Source: Klebsormidium nitens
Lineage: Eukaryota; Plantae; Klebsormidiophyceae
Assembly (NCBI GenBank): GCA_000708835.1
Contig: DF237171.1
Location: forward strand, 71,572 to 135,571
Direction: 5' to 3'
Length of the DNA: 64,000 bases
Below are positions 16,512-29,500 of this stretch, in pieces. Positions within the stretch are counted from its first letter, which is position 1. Each line of letters opens with the position of its first letter. The position numbers were made by a program, and so were the translations under genes. Below the pieces are notes generated by a model that worked only from the letters and a program-made list of their open reading frames with translations, was not told the origin of the DNA and ran no database searches.

Positions 16512-19500
16512 ATGGGACCTTTTCTGCGGAGCTCTCTCGTCCTCTTCCTGGCGGTCTTGTTGCTCGCTGTGTCCCCAGCGCCTGCCGCTGCCTCCTCGCG
16601 CCACCTCCATCGGCATCTCGAATCTTTGAATGGCCCCGACGAGCATGACTTTTTCTTCAGCAACGCCAGCCAGCTGAATCCCAACGTGACCGCCAACCTC
16701 ATCGGCGGCTGCTGGTACAAGCCCATCAACTTCACCAAGTACCAAGACCAGGTGGAGAACCTTGTCGCGTCCTTCTACCAGAAACTGCTCAACGGGACGC
16801 TCCTCCCAGGGGGCGGTAACGTGACAGTTGTGCGCCTGCCGGACGGGAGCCTGTCCATCATCAACGGGAATGTCACCGTGTCTCCCACGGGCCAACTTAT
16901 TATCGACGGGAATGTGACCACCACGGGGGTTTTCAACGGGACGCTCAGGCTCAACCAAACCCTGCCGAACATAACGAGCCTTGTCACCTCAATCTTCCAG
17001 CAAGCTGCAAATCTTGCAGGGAACAACAGCACTCTGGGGTCGTTGATCGGAGGGAACAGTAGCACGCTGGGGTCGTTGGTTGGCGGGATTCTTGGGAACC
17101 TTCCCCCTGTTCCGGGTTTGAACACCACAATCGGCGAGCTTCCGTCCATCGAGTTCAGCCCCAGTATGCTGAGCAACGCAACCCAGCTTCTCAGCTACAG
17201 CCCCGTGACTCCTGACGCCATCCTGGCGTACCTACGGAATCTCACGGCAGCGACACTGGCCGCCATTGACCCCGGCCTCCTGGCAGGAGCAGGTATGATG
17301 AAGTCCGAGTGTTTGGGTAGAATCTGCGTTTTCTGGTCGGAAGTGGACGTTAGGCGGCATTGTTGATTTTGTGTGGGGCTGAACATGTGAAGAAGCTGAA
17401 AAGGAACCTTGCTTATCTTCTGCAACACAAGAAAAGGTTTCTACTCGGTGAACACGGGACAGCCAATCTTGCTTTTAGGACACTTTTGCTTGTTTTAACA
17501 CAGCCTGCGGAAATGGTTCTTGTCTCAGCAACGCTCGGGCAGTGCCCAGAACAAGTCTTTCACATTCGACAAGCTCTGTGACTGGTGACCCTGTTTTTGG
17601 GGGTTTCTTGGGCTTCACTTCTTGCTAAAAAGAGGTGCCTTGGCTTGTGCTTAGTTCAGTTTCTATTAGCCTGGCTGCCTTTTGTCAGGGTTCAGTGCGG
17701 GATTTCCTCTGGACGTAGCAGCTTTTCTCCAGGTTCGGTGTTTGTTTGACTGCGTGTCATCATCCCTTCCTCAGCATTGTGTATGCTTGCTAGCAATTCA
17801 CTTGCGTCGCCACATCATCCTGCAGTTGTTTTCACGTCCTGGTGAATTGCTCTACCCAGAAGAAAAGCGGCGCCACTTTAGAGCATATCTTGTCAGGCTG
17901 ACAACTTATCCCTGTGGTGTTGCTCAGCGGTTTTCATAGCAATCTGCATCTGATGGTACTGCAATCCCAACTTCTCTTGTAAGAACTGCCCATAAATGCA
18001 GCTCCGGAGGTTGCTCTTCTGGCTCGCAATACTTTTGCGAGTACTTTTCTGGACAACACATGGTGACATGCAGATTTGGCAGCACTCCTGGCAGGGGGGG
18101 AGTCCCCTGGCTGTAACAGCCTTGTCCAAAGAACTACACGCTATCAGTCACATCTCAAGACAAAGCAAAGCCCAATTGTCATTGGAGCTTTTTTGTTCTG
18201 AATCTGACAATCTCCCATCTTTGTGTTAAGAGGCTGTAACTTTGTAGGTTTGTTTTTTTGAGAAATTATTTCTTCTTTCTATGTTGTCAGTTTCCCTATT
18301 GCCATCTTCTTCAGGATGCAAAACCTCGCATGTGGTTCAAGATAGGTTTGTCCAGCATTCGCTCATCACTTCCCTGCAGATAACGGCCCTCTCAACCGCG
18401 CTACCCCCGTAGCGGCAACCCCCATCCCCACAGCCGGACCTGGGGTCAACCAATCCCTACCGGGATTCCCCGACATCAAGGTCTACTTTTTTGTGATTGT
18501 GGCAAGGTCAACCGACAACGACGTCACACAGACCATGCTCGTCAACCAGATTGCAAGGATGAATGCTGACTACGGGGCCTCCGGTTATCCCTCACGTTTT
18601 GTCCTTGCGGGGGCGGTCAGAATTGTGAACCCACTGTGGGTCGACAGGGATGTGGACACAGAGGAGCGAATTTTCAACGAGATGAAGTTCCAGACTAGGA
18701 TAGGAGGCCCACAGGTACGTAATGTGGTCAAGCTCTTGGAAGTTTTATCAAAGTTCATCATTTGCTGTCGCCTCTTGTGAATTGGTATGCCCTTTGCATG
18801 GTATGCCCTTTGCATGGTATGCCGAGGCCCCTTCTTTCCTTGCCTTAACTAAGGACCTGTTCGCTTATGGCCCTTAATCTTCTGCTTGTCTGTTATGCAC
18901 GCTGGTATCTGTGATCTGGCATACCGCTTCTCCAATTGGATGGAAAGTGCATCGAAATGCTTATCTGCTTCTAGACGTGCCGGGTGGTTAAAAAGTGAGG
19001 TTCACAAAAAAGTTTGCTGCATCTTGGTACCGGATGTAGACCCACCCTCAATACCCAGAATCCTAAATGTCCTTCCCTCCCTTTCCAGGAGTTCAACGTA
19101 TGGATTACCACCTTCTCCGACTCTGGCCTGAACGGGTATGCCACTTTCCCGTGGGACTACCAGGACGACCCCAGGATTGACGGCGTTGTGATCAGCAAGT
19201 ACACGCTGCCCATGGACAGGAGCAACCGCAACTACCAGGCGCTGCGCAGCGTGGGCATCACGCTCACGCACGAGACGGGGCACTGGCTGGGCCTCTTCCA
19301 CACGTTCCAGGTGAGCGCTCCGCAAGCAGTAGCAGAAGGGCAGGGGGTGGCAAGCGGTATGCCTTTTGTTGACCACGTTGCCTGGACAACAAGCTTTCTC
19401 AGTAAAATCAGCGTCGTGCGACTATGTTTTCCAACCTACGAAGTTGGTCGAGTACATGGCCTAGGCTTGCAAATTTGAGGTCGAGTATATGGCCTAGGAT

Positions 19501-19954
19501 TGCAATTTGAAGCCCCAGCTTTCTATTGACTTTGGTGCTGCTTCTCATCCCCCTTGATAGAGTGGTGGCACACCCGTCCTTGCCTGCATGCACGTAGCTG
19601 CCGCTGCAGTTGCCCCGAACAGCTTCGCTTCCTGGAAACGCCCCCCTCGTCAGCAGTACTTCAACCGACGCTTAAGATGCCCCAGAACATTGCTGACGTG
19701 GTTCTTTTCCCGTGCAGGGCGGGTGCACCGGTAGCGGCGACTTTGTGTCGGACACTCAGGCGGAGGGGACGCCCAACGACTACAGCGACCCCGCGTGCAC
19801 CAGGATGAAGTACTCGTGCCCGGCAGGGAGCAGGGCACCCCCCGACCCGATCTTCAACTTCATGGACTACGGGGCGTGCAGGCGCACATTCACGACCGGC
19901 CAGGTCGCAAGGGCGAAGCAGTACTGGACGTACTACCGGTACAACCAGGGTTAA
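16512..19954 (+). CDS. Secreted zinc metalloprotease, MEROPS M43 (pappalysin/ulilysin-like), 4 exons, ~524 aa
   Basis: Exons 16512-17292, 18380-18714, 19089-19310, 19718-19954 (1575 nt). Signal peptide MGPFLRSSLVLFLAVLLLAVSPAPAAA, metzincin motif HETGHWLGLFHTF, Cys-containing segment and Met-turn NFMDY. Confidence 0.9.
18783..18823. repeat. 16-bp tandem repeat x2.5 in M43 intron 2
   Basis: TGGTATGCCCTTTGCA x2 followed by TGGTATGCC. Confidence 0.9.
19446..19510. repeat. 33-bp degenerate tandem duplication in M43 intron 3
   Basis: GGTCGAGTACATGGCCTAGGCTTGCAAATTTGA / GGTCGAGTATATGGCCTAGGATTGCAATTTGA. Confidence 0.85.
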
Positions 19955-21804
19955 GCGGGGGGTCAGGGCCGGTTATTTATGTGAGTATGGTTTCGTAAGG
20001 TGGGACAACAAGCGTTGTTTATAAAGAAGCGTGGTTGAAAGAGGGTGTGGACCTTAGGCGTAAATTGCAAATGGACTGGTCTGCTGCGAGTGGATCCGGG
20101 TTGTATTCAAAAAAGGGGTGTTTGAGAAGTCGGTTGTCGAAGGTTGTGCAGGTTTCTAAGTTATTGACGAAGTAGAGGAGGAGCTATGTTATATCGCACG
20201 CTGCCAGGGCGGGAAAAGGAGTGTGAGAGAGCAGCGAAGCTAGACCACGGTTCCAGCCACCTAGAGAGTCCGCATGCACATTTAGAGTCCTTGGCTAGAA
20301 ATGAGCACGCCATGTAGTAGCCAGCAGCAGAGGCACGCACGTTGGCGGGGCACGCACGGCGGTAAGCACCATGCGATGGCGCTGCTCCCTGTCCCTTTTT
20401 AAGAACTGAAGATTTTATGGTTGCTGTAAAAGCTTGAGCGATAAAGTTACACTCGTGATCTGGCATCGACTCAAAACACATATGTACGTGACCTTAGTGG
20501 GGGATGAGCAAGCTTCATTCGGCCGTTTGTCGCATGCTACTTGTAAACGCTTTTGTTGGAGCAATTTTTGGAGTCTACAAACTTTGTTGTTCCGGTGTGG
20601 CTTGTCCAATCACATTGTGCGCTTATTCAAAGTTGCATTGCTGTCCGATTGAGTTGTCTGGCCCGCATAAACGTACCGACCATTGTGTAGCAACCGTCAA
20701 GACCTTGGGAACGAGCACTGCAGTCTGAGCTGCGGCATGCAGTCATTAGGCCGGCTTAACGCTCTATGATATCATATACGGGGGCCGCGTCATCCACTTC
20801 CGTGGGAGCAGGCCGCTGGCAAATGCATCACGTTTGATGTTCAGTATATCACACAGGCTTCACTTGACATAGCAGCTAGTATCGGTGGCCGATTTTCTTT
20901 TTCGGAGGACGGTCCGGACGCCCTTGCACAAGTGTTTTGACACGATGCCTTACCGTCAAGCTTTTACGGTCATTTTCCATTCATATATGTGCGCGCATGG
21001 CCGGTCGCGCAATATTTCTACACTTGTCGGCTTGAAGCCAGCGTATCATTTAGGCCGGTGGGTTGAGTTGCATGACGTACTCCTCAATGTTTGCATTGAA
21101 ATAGTGACTCCCGGATAGATCACATCCATATGCATGCATGCACTGCACATGCATAATATATGTTGATCAAATGATCGAGCACAAAGTATATCATGGTTGA
21201 ATCGATCGTAAACCCAAAGAGGGGCGCAGCGCCGCTTGACCGCCGCCACTGAGCTAGCTAGTCTAGCTAGCTATACCGACGACCCTCACCAATTCATACA
21301 GGTATAGGAAGTCGAATGATCACATGCCAGAGTCCAATATTGCATGCTCAATTAGAAGTTGCGTGCATCCGGCCACCAGCCCTGGAGCAACGCATGCATT
21401 CCATTTCACTGTCAACTGTAGCGATATAATATATAGCCCAAGCAAACCTAATCAATCACGTTCCTCTCATGTACGTCCGACATATATACATAGGGCCGGA
21501 CACAAAATGAACCATGATTATTTGAGCAGGTGCATGTGAGCATAATCATGTAATCTTGCTTTACGGCCAGACTCACCCATGTCGGCCCATATACGCGGAC
21601 CGGCCGGCCTGACTAGCAGCAACAATGCGGAGAACGGTGCCGCGAGTGAACGACCATCATTCCCTTTCTCTCGCGACCACTAGTCATGACCATACGGCAT
21701 ACAGGTCGACGTCAACACACAGCTCGTCAAGACGTACGGCTGAAGCTGATTGATCTATGCATGTGCATGCAATCGCTTCCGAGTGAGCTGTTAATATTCG
21801 TCCA

Positions 21805-24800
21805 CTAAGACGCTTTGTTAGCAGTATATAATGTCGAGCGTACTGCATCGGCTTGCTTCAACGGCTTTCCATCTACCAGTACTTGTTGAACGTGATCTAC
21901 ACGTATCAACGGGAAGGAATAGACCTGCACATGTAGAAACAAGCAGGGTAAAGACCGAGAGCACGCAGCGATCAACAGCTGTGTGATCGCAAGAAGACTT
22001 GCTTAAAAGAGAGACTTGAATAAGATATGCACGGCTTCAGGGGCGAGCTCGTTTTCTCACTACAGTGAGCGAGCAAGCAGGCAGTACAACTGATCCGCAC
22101 GACTGCAACGATTACTTGTTAGCGCCAGGCGGAGGTCAAGTACTCATTAAGTAATGTTATGCGATTGAGCAGCCAACGACACCAGGTGCGGCCTTACCTT
22201 ATCTTGCCACCGCACCTCCTGCTGCGAGAAGACCGGGTCTAGAAGCGAGACAGTCGCATCCGCCTTGACCTGAGAGAAAGACAAAGCAGCAAATCAGGAA
22301 ATCATCCATGGTTATTCCCCGGTCTGTCCAAGCTACGGTTCCAATGCCCCCTGGAATCATATAAGGCCCATCCACGCCCGTCTCAACGACCAGCTGACGT
22401 CCATCGTGGCGTCAGGACTCCTTCCTGTTCGCGACTCACCGCTCCCTCCCGGACTGCGTATACCGCCAGCACGCAGCAGCTCCCGTCTTTATCCACGAGT
22501 ATGTACGTCCTGCACAGTCGGCACACACTGAGCGCGCACGGCCAGGGATTTGGCAGAAAGGGTGGCTTTGGAGCTGCTGAACGCCAATCTCGGTTTCTCT
22601 CTCGAAAACAGTTGCTGGCGCTGCAGGCTAGAGGCCTTATGAACCTGCACGTACCCGGCTTCTTGACCGCCGTGAAAGGCCCAACTCGCGCTTTATATGA
22701 TTGAATTATCTATACATGATGTTTCTACGCAATGGGTTGAGCTTTTATCTAGAAAACACGCTGCAAACCGTCCTCATCAAGACGAAGCATCTCAGAAACT
22801 TTACTCTTGACTGCATCCTGGACGATGAAGTAGCTTCGGAGTCGTCTCCAGGGACGATCAAGTTGACTGGTCCACGGTTTCAGGACAGGGTTGACGAAAA
22901 GACTATACTGCCATGCCATCGAGTGTGAACGCGTCCTTACAATGGGTATGTGCTGTCGCTGGCGGCCTGAACGAGGACCTTTGCAAGCAGCGCCACGCCC
23001 TTATTTACACCCGGGGATAGGCTGCCCAGGGGAGCTACTCGGTGTGAAGAGGGACCTGTGAAATGAAAGCAAACGTGGCTGTGAGGGGCTTGCTTTTGAC
23101 GACGCTCATGTCTAGTACAGAATTACGGCAAAAGAAGAGCCATCAAGCGACTTGCGGAGGAAAGTCGTACACACTGGCCGTGGCTGAGTGAGCCCATCTT
23201 TCTTCCTAGACGAGAGGAACGGTGGGAAGGAGACCGTCGGTTACCCTTGACTGCTTCGAGCATCCTGTCGATTTCGAAAGCAGCATGTCTCCGAGAAAAA
23301 GACGACGAGTCTGACAACTTGTCAACTAGATACTGTCCTCGAACCCAGTCCAACTTTCCAACCCTCGCCGAGCTCACCGGCCGCTGCTCCCAGCTCCGCA
23401 AGCGCCCCCGCCAGTTTCTTGGCCTTGACCCGCCCTTTGTTTGCGACCAGGTCCGCTAACCGCCCGGCCAGCTTCACGATCTTTTGCACCTCGGCCTCCG
23501 CGTTCAGCGAGGGATCCCTCTCCGCAGCGGCAGCAAAGTCGCGGAGGGCGTCGGAGTACTCCCCCAGATAACTGTGCACGGTCGCGCGGTTGAAGTGCAA
23601 ATCCGGGTTGCACGCGGCGGCCGCGTCACGCTCCTACACCACCGAAAAGGACGACTCGGGTTTTTGATAGAGTCGATTCAAACGTAAGTGGAATAAAGAG
23701 TCGTTTTCGGGGCACTCGACAACTCTCGGCTTATGAATGTGGTTTTGACCCTTTCGCTCCTTGTTGGCTTGAATTATCTTAAACCGGCAACCCAGGTGAG
23801 CTGATGGGGCTGATTGCCTCTCTTCTGCCAAACGGAGAACAAAGGTTTGCTAGAGCGAACACTCATTCCAGGAGTGCCGGGAAGTGAAGGACTAGAATTG
23901 GAACGTTTGACTTGAACTAGCAGGGTTACAAAGACAAGCTGAGTGCAGAGCATACACTCGCAAACAATCAAAACAAGGAAATCTCAAAGACACCTACATC
24001 TTTCCAAAGACACTCCGTAGCCATCTGTTTCAACGATAAGACAAAGTTTCGAAATCCGGACCTTTAGCAGCCCACGCATTCCGGCTGGCATGCTCCACCA
24101 GCGATACTCGACCTGAAGTGACATCTCAACAAGGTGAAAAGCAGAGTCTGAGGGCCTCCGTTTCAAGCTCAATCTCGGAAAGATTACCCTCGACCTCCAC
24201 TGTCCAAAAAAACGCCCATCAGATCTTATCAATTATCACCGCTGTGAGCTTAAAAGAAGGGTTCTTGTGCCTACGCACCGCGTTTTGGTACGCCTTGAGC
24301 GCCTGCCGCAGCTGGCCGAAGTCCCAGGCGCCGGTGGCGAAGTAGTGCGTGAGGAACGCGTTGCCCAGGGTGTACCAGCTGCGCCCGTCCCGGATGTCCA
24401 GCGCCACCGCCTCGCGCGCGTGGCCCAAACTCGCCTCCACTAGTTGCTGGGCCGCCTCTGGGTCCGCTGATACGTATAGAGATAGAAAACTGATTTCAAA
24501 AAGTGTGGTCGTCGAAGGGGAGGTTACTTGGCAGTAAGGCAGAACAAGAGGAGGTGTCAGTACATTCCAATTGATAAGAACTGCGGCCAAAAAGAATGTT
24601 TCGAGGGGGCGATTGGTATAGTCGAACAGGAGCAGGGAGAGCGAAAGTGAGGAACATTGCTGACGGTCTCTAGCGAATGAATAGTACTCAGGTTTAAGCA
24701 GCTCGGGCACCAAGTTTAAGTTCGATCGCATACGCAGGTCCAAGTGGATAAGTGAGGTGCATATAAGGAAAATCCTCAACCCTCCGGACTCTCTGTACGG

Positions 24801-25837
24801 AAAAAGGACGTCAGAAGTCAATTTCGATTAAGTACTTTCCCAGAACGGTCTGAAGATTGGAGGAATCAGAAAAACCCTTTTGAGAGTTGAGTGTCGAACC
24901 AACTTTTTTTTCGAAAGTGAAGGAGCCGTCAGTTCGCCCCTCAGCTGCTGGACTAAATTCTGTCAGGAAACAACACTTGCTGCCGGATTCAATGACACTT
25001 TCAAAAAGCACAGTCAGACGGTACCGCCAGCTCAAAGAGATAGTCAATGGAGTAGCCCAGCTGGGGAAACTAGGCTGGACTGGCGCTTACCCTTGGCCAA
25101 GCTCCGTTCTAGCATCGAGAGCTGCTGCAGTGCTTCTTTATGTGGTCCCTTTTTCAGGGCTGCCTTGAAGCAATTCTGCGCCTGGCTGAGGTCCCCTTTC
25201 TTCCAGAAAGAGTGGCCTAAACACGCCCACGCGTCCGCCAGCGAAGGATCCAGCTTCACCTGCGAGGTTGAAAAGCACACTTGATATACAAGATTGAGCT
25301 GGATCACCGCTTGATGTCAGTCATCTTGCACCAGGTTATTTTGAGCAGTATCAGATTGCCAACATGCCAAATGGAAACCAAGCCCAATCAGAGATTTTTC
25401 CAGCTGATGACCATACTGACAATGTCGCAAGACTGACCCAACGGATCGGAGTTCGCTCGGGAGATGCCTCATTGGCCACTGAAGAAGGACAAGCGGGCTT
25501 TGAACGCAAGTGAGTCCTACTACAATTGTAGGCATTTTGATCAACTTACCGCTTTAGAGAGCTGTTCTTCCGCTTCTTTTGAGAAGTCCGGCCCCACATC
25601 AAGAGCCTTCCCTCGGAGATATGCCACATGGCCCCTTTTGCTAGACACCGCCGTTTCATTTGCCAATGTTTCTATCATCAGCAAGACTTCTTTGACTCCA
25701 CTGTCCAGCTTTGCTTTCTTGTCTGCTTCTTTCTCTGGATAGAATGTATCTCGCAATTGGTAAAGCTCGCTGATCTTAGCAACAACTGCCAGGCATGGAT
25801 CAGAAGAATCGTGGCTGACATGACTGGGGGAACCCAT
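21805..25837 (-). CDS. TTC5: Tetratricopeptide repeat protein 5-like (TPRs plus C-terminal OB-fold), 8 exons, ~425 aa
   Basis: Exons 25837-25550, 25259-25091, 24466-24279, 23633-23378, 23055-22941, 22509-22440, 22269-22198, 21924-21805 (1278 nt, phases consistent). Motifs: LYQLRDTFYP, YLRGKALDV, AVKLDPSLADAWACLG, DGRSWYTLGNAFL, NPDLHFNRA, PGVNKG. Confidence 0.9.
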
Positions 25838-25886
25838 TGCTGAAGTCGAACAGCAAGGAAGCACAAGAGAATTTGCAACGCTCAAG

Positions 25887-25917
25887 TTAGGGTTTGGTCG
25901 ATGGAATCAAACCCTAA
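25887..25917. promoter_or_regulatory. Inverted pair of telo-box motifs (TTAGGGTTTG ... CAAACCCTAA)
   Basis: Perfect 10-bp inverted repeat with an 11-nt spacer, 50-80 nt upstream of the TTC5 ATG in the TTC5/PABP divergent interval. A site II-like TGGGCCA lies on the minus strand at 26307-26313. Confidence 0.6.
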
Positions 25918-26577
25918 TGTTGTTGTTCCCGCAGTTGCTCCTCAACCTACCCAGTCTTGCCCCTGCCTGCGAATGCAGCTGCTCCTCACTCAATTGAAAA
26001 TAGACATCCTTCAGAAAGTCCTTTAAGCTTGCCGAGTTTAGTCTGTAAAGAACTGGCACCTCAAGTCCCCCACTCTCCTACAAATTCCTCCTTGCCAAAA
26101 GCTCTGATGGCAGCTCACCAACGGCTCAAAATGCCCGATGCCCACACGGAGAGCTCCTGCACTGGCAGCTGCTTCTCTCACGATGCTTTGAACTCTTTGC
26201 CACGATGCGCATTTGCCACCTTCCCCAGTCAGGCTAGCTACATAATCAAATTGCCTACCATACTACGGTATGCAGCTTCACAGACTGGCGACTTGAGTTC
26301 ATGCAGTGGCCCAGGCGGGCGCGTGCTGCGCGCGGCGCGAGCTGAGCAACTTAGGCTAGGGTAATGGGTTGCTGAGGCCCTCTATCTGCTCCGCTCTAGT
26401 TGTTGTCACATACCTCGTCACGACTCACAAGACGCGCACAAGTCGGACTCATCAGAGTCAGCGACTGCACTCTGCAGTGTGCAGGGCCACCACATCCGCT
26501 GCGTTCCACTGCCAGTGCAGGGAGTCCGCTCAGGCCGGCAAGTTCTCCTTCTCAGGGTCAGAGTAAAGGAAGTAACC

Positions 26578-29500
26578 ATGGCGCAAGTTCAAGCCCCTCC
26601 TCAGGCCCAGGGTGCTCAAGCTGGACCGGGCGGCAGTGGGCCTGCCCCTTTTGCTTCCACGTCACTGTACGTTGGCGACTTAGAAGCCAATGTGTCGGAA
26701 GCACAGTTGTATGAGGTGTTCAATCAAGTGGGGCCGGTGGTGTCCATCCGGGTGTGCCGGGATCTGATAACCAGGCGCTCCTTGGGATATGCGTATGTCA
26801 ATTACAACTCGGCCCAGGACGGTGAGTTCCAAGTGGTTGTCATGGATTGTCAATGGGTGTCAAATGGACCGCGTCTTTGGAAGGCTGCCTCTGTGAACAG
26901 AACGCGGTGTCATCATTCAAGACTTGCAGGGGCTCTTATTGCTTTGGTAATGGTCCTTTCAAGTTTTGAGACACGAGTTCAGCAGTAGCAAAAAGCATGC
27001 ACCATCCTTCAGAACAGATAAGGCCAGGCTAAAATGGTGTTACAGAGTACTCCTGAAAGTGGTCAGGGGGGATATTCCAATGTGCCCGCCAGTTTGACTC
27101 ACTGCATTGCGTCAAAGGCCGAAAAAAGGCACAAGGTGTTTCGCCTTTCCACGGAGAAAGTGTCCTCAGGCTCCTTGACTTGGCGCTCTTATCTTGATGA
27201 AAATGACAGCCGTCAGAAGTATCGGGCTTACCTCCTCAATCAATTATCCATCACGTGCCCGGACACATAAAGCAATTTGACAGCCTTCCGTGTTCCTAAA
27301 TGCGTATGCTGATTATGCGCTGCACACTTTTGCTGGCGCCCCTTGTTTGAGATCAGAGAGAAGCTGCAATCAATTGTGCATGTCCGCCCGTTGCCCCTGC
27401 TGCCCTTCCACTTGACTGGTTCATTCCGTCCATAACCTATTGTGAAATCGTTACCATGCCTCAGTGCCTGTGCTTAGAGTTCCTCACCGGCTTACTGTGC
27501 AGCCCAACGCGCGCTCGAGGTCCTCAATTTCCAGCCAATCAATGGGAAGGAGATCCGGATCATGTTCTCTTCCCGGGACCCCTCCTCGAGGAAGAGCGGG
27601 GCTGGCAACATCTTCATCAGGGTAAGCAGTGGCTTCCGCGGAATGCCACCATCTCAATCAGGAAATGGCGCCCCTAATCCTACGAAGAAAGTGCAAGTGG
27701 CTCAACTGGAAGGCAACTCAGGATCGCCTGAATCAGGGCTTCCAATTGCATTGCTGATTTCTTTCACCAGATAGAGGGAGCGCTAGGTGAATTGGTTGAC
27801 ATTTTGCGTATTTGTTTGGATCTTCAGATGGGGCAAGCCTGGAGAGAGAAAAGCTGACCTCGGAGAACACCACGCTCATGCTCGTTTCTCAATGTGTGAT
27901 GCGTATGGTAATTTCCAAAGCTCTTTGTAGGACCCTCCATTTGGTGGTCAGTGAGTGACTGACTTGAGTGGGGCGGGGCAGGATTCCCGTCAAAGTGCTA
28001 ATGTCATTTGGTTCTCGCTGCAGAACCTCGACAAGGGCATTGACAACAAGGCGCTCCACGACACGTTTGCCGCTTTTGGCAGCATTCTGTCTTGCAAGGT
28101 TGCCACCGACAATGCGGGCCAGTCCAAGGGCTACGGCTTCGTGCAGTTTGAGTCCGAGGAGTCCGCTAACCAGGCTATTGAGAAGGTCAACGGGATGCTC
28201 CTCAACGAGAAGCAAGTGTAAGTGGTCACCTTCTGAACACCTCCCATTTCTCCCCTCTGGGAGCGGTTATACATTTTGAAAAGCATCTGAGGAGCATATG
28301 TTGGGTTTTGGCGCCACATGCTGTGAGGAGGTCTGTTGTCAAGTTTCTTGTTATGACTATATGTTGGAAATAGAGTACTGCCCTGCGGAGCAAGTTGGGG
28401 CCTGCTCAGACTTCGACCAGTGCTAAAGTCTCACGCTGCTGGGGACTGGGCGCTCGAGTGCCTAACTTCTTAGACTCTGCGCGTGGATCTCAACTTTCTG
28501 GCAGTTGCCCATGGGCAGTCAGGCAAGGTCAATAGATTGTAGGGGATCCAGGACTTCCTAAACACAGAGTGCGTTCGGCGGATGGCAATATGTGATGGTG
28601 CAGGACCATTGGTGGTTGCTCTGGGCCTTGCAGTGGACTTCAGGCTTGGAGAGGTCAATCTGGGTTAGGGGCTCTTGTCGTGCCATTACTTGTCACAAAG
28701 TTTCTAGATAGTGTAGATAGATGGTGACTCTCTCAAAGTTTGGGCGTTAGGGTCAGTCAGGGTCACCCCGTGCTCTTCCCCGCACCAGCGATTGGGCATT
28801 TCAACGCCGCTGGAGGAGCAAAGCGTGGCAGTAGTCGCACCCGGTCTATAAGTCCCGTGCACCAGCCTGACTCTTGGTGTTGCAGGTATGTGGGTCCATT
28901 TGTGCGGCGGCAGGAGCGTGACGTGGGCGCAGCGTCGTCCAAGTTCCAGAACGTGTACGTCAAGAACCTGGGGGAGGACGTCACCGAGGAGAAGCTCAAG
29001 GAGGTCTTTGAGGAGTTTGGGAAAACCACCAGCGCTGTCATCATGAAGGTGAGGCCCCCTGCGAGGGCAGTGTTGCAATCACGGAACGTTTGGCTTCGTG
29101 ATTCCTTCCGTTCTCTGGACCGACTGATGGTAGTTGCGATGGGGCGGGCACACTCGTTCCGTGCATACTGCATCTGACTAGAGCGCTTTGTGTCCTTCTG
29201 ATTGTTTCGAAGCATAGATACCAACCCATGCTGATGTTGCTACGTGCCATGCATTCTGAGCTGTTGCAGATGGGACTGGAGGCTTGCAGATAAAGTCAAG
29301 TCCTGTCAAGGTGACTTCACCCACAAAGCCCTCAATCAAGGAATGCTTAGTCTGCTGCTTTTGTCCTGCCGCAGGAGTCGGACGGCAAGTCCAAGGGGTT
29401 TGGCTTTGTCAACTATGACGAGCCGGAGTCAGCCGCCAAGGTGAGCAATTGGCACTGCCTTCAATGCTGACCCAGGTTGATGCAGAGTATCTTTCGGTCT

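Noticed and set aside
23355-23377. Alternative TTC5 donor at GTTGGA (23354)
   Set aside because: Phase 0 is incompatible with the next exon. The GTGAGC donor at 23377 fits.
26369-26577. Looked for an A-rich autoregulatory tract in the PABP 5' region
   Set aside because: None is present in the sequence.
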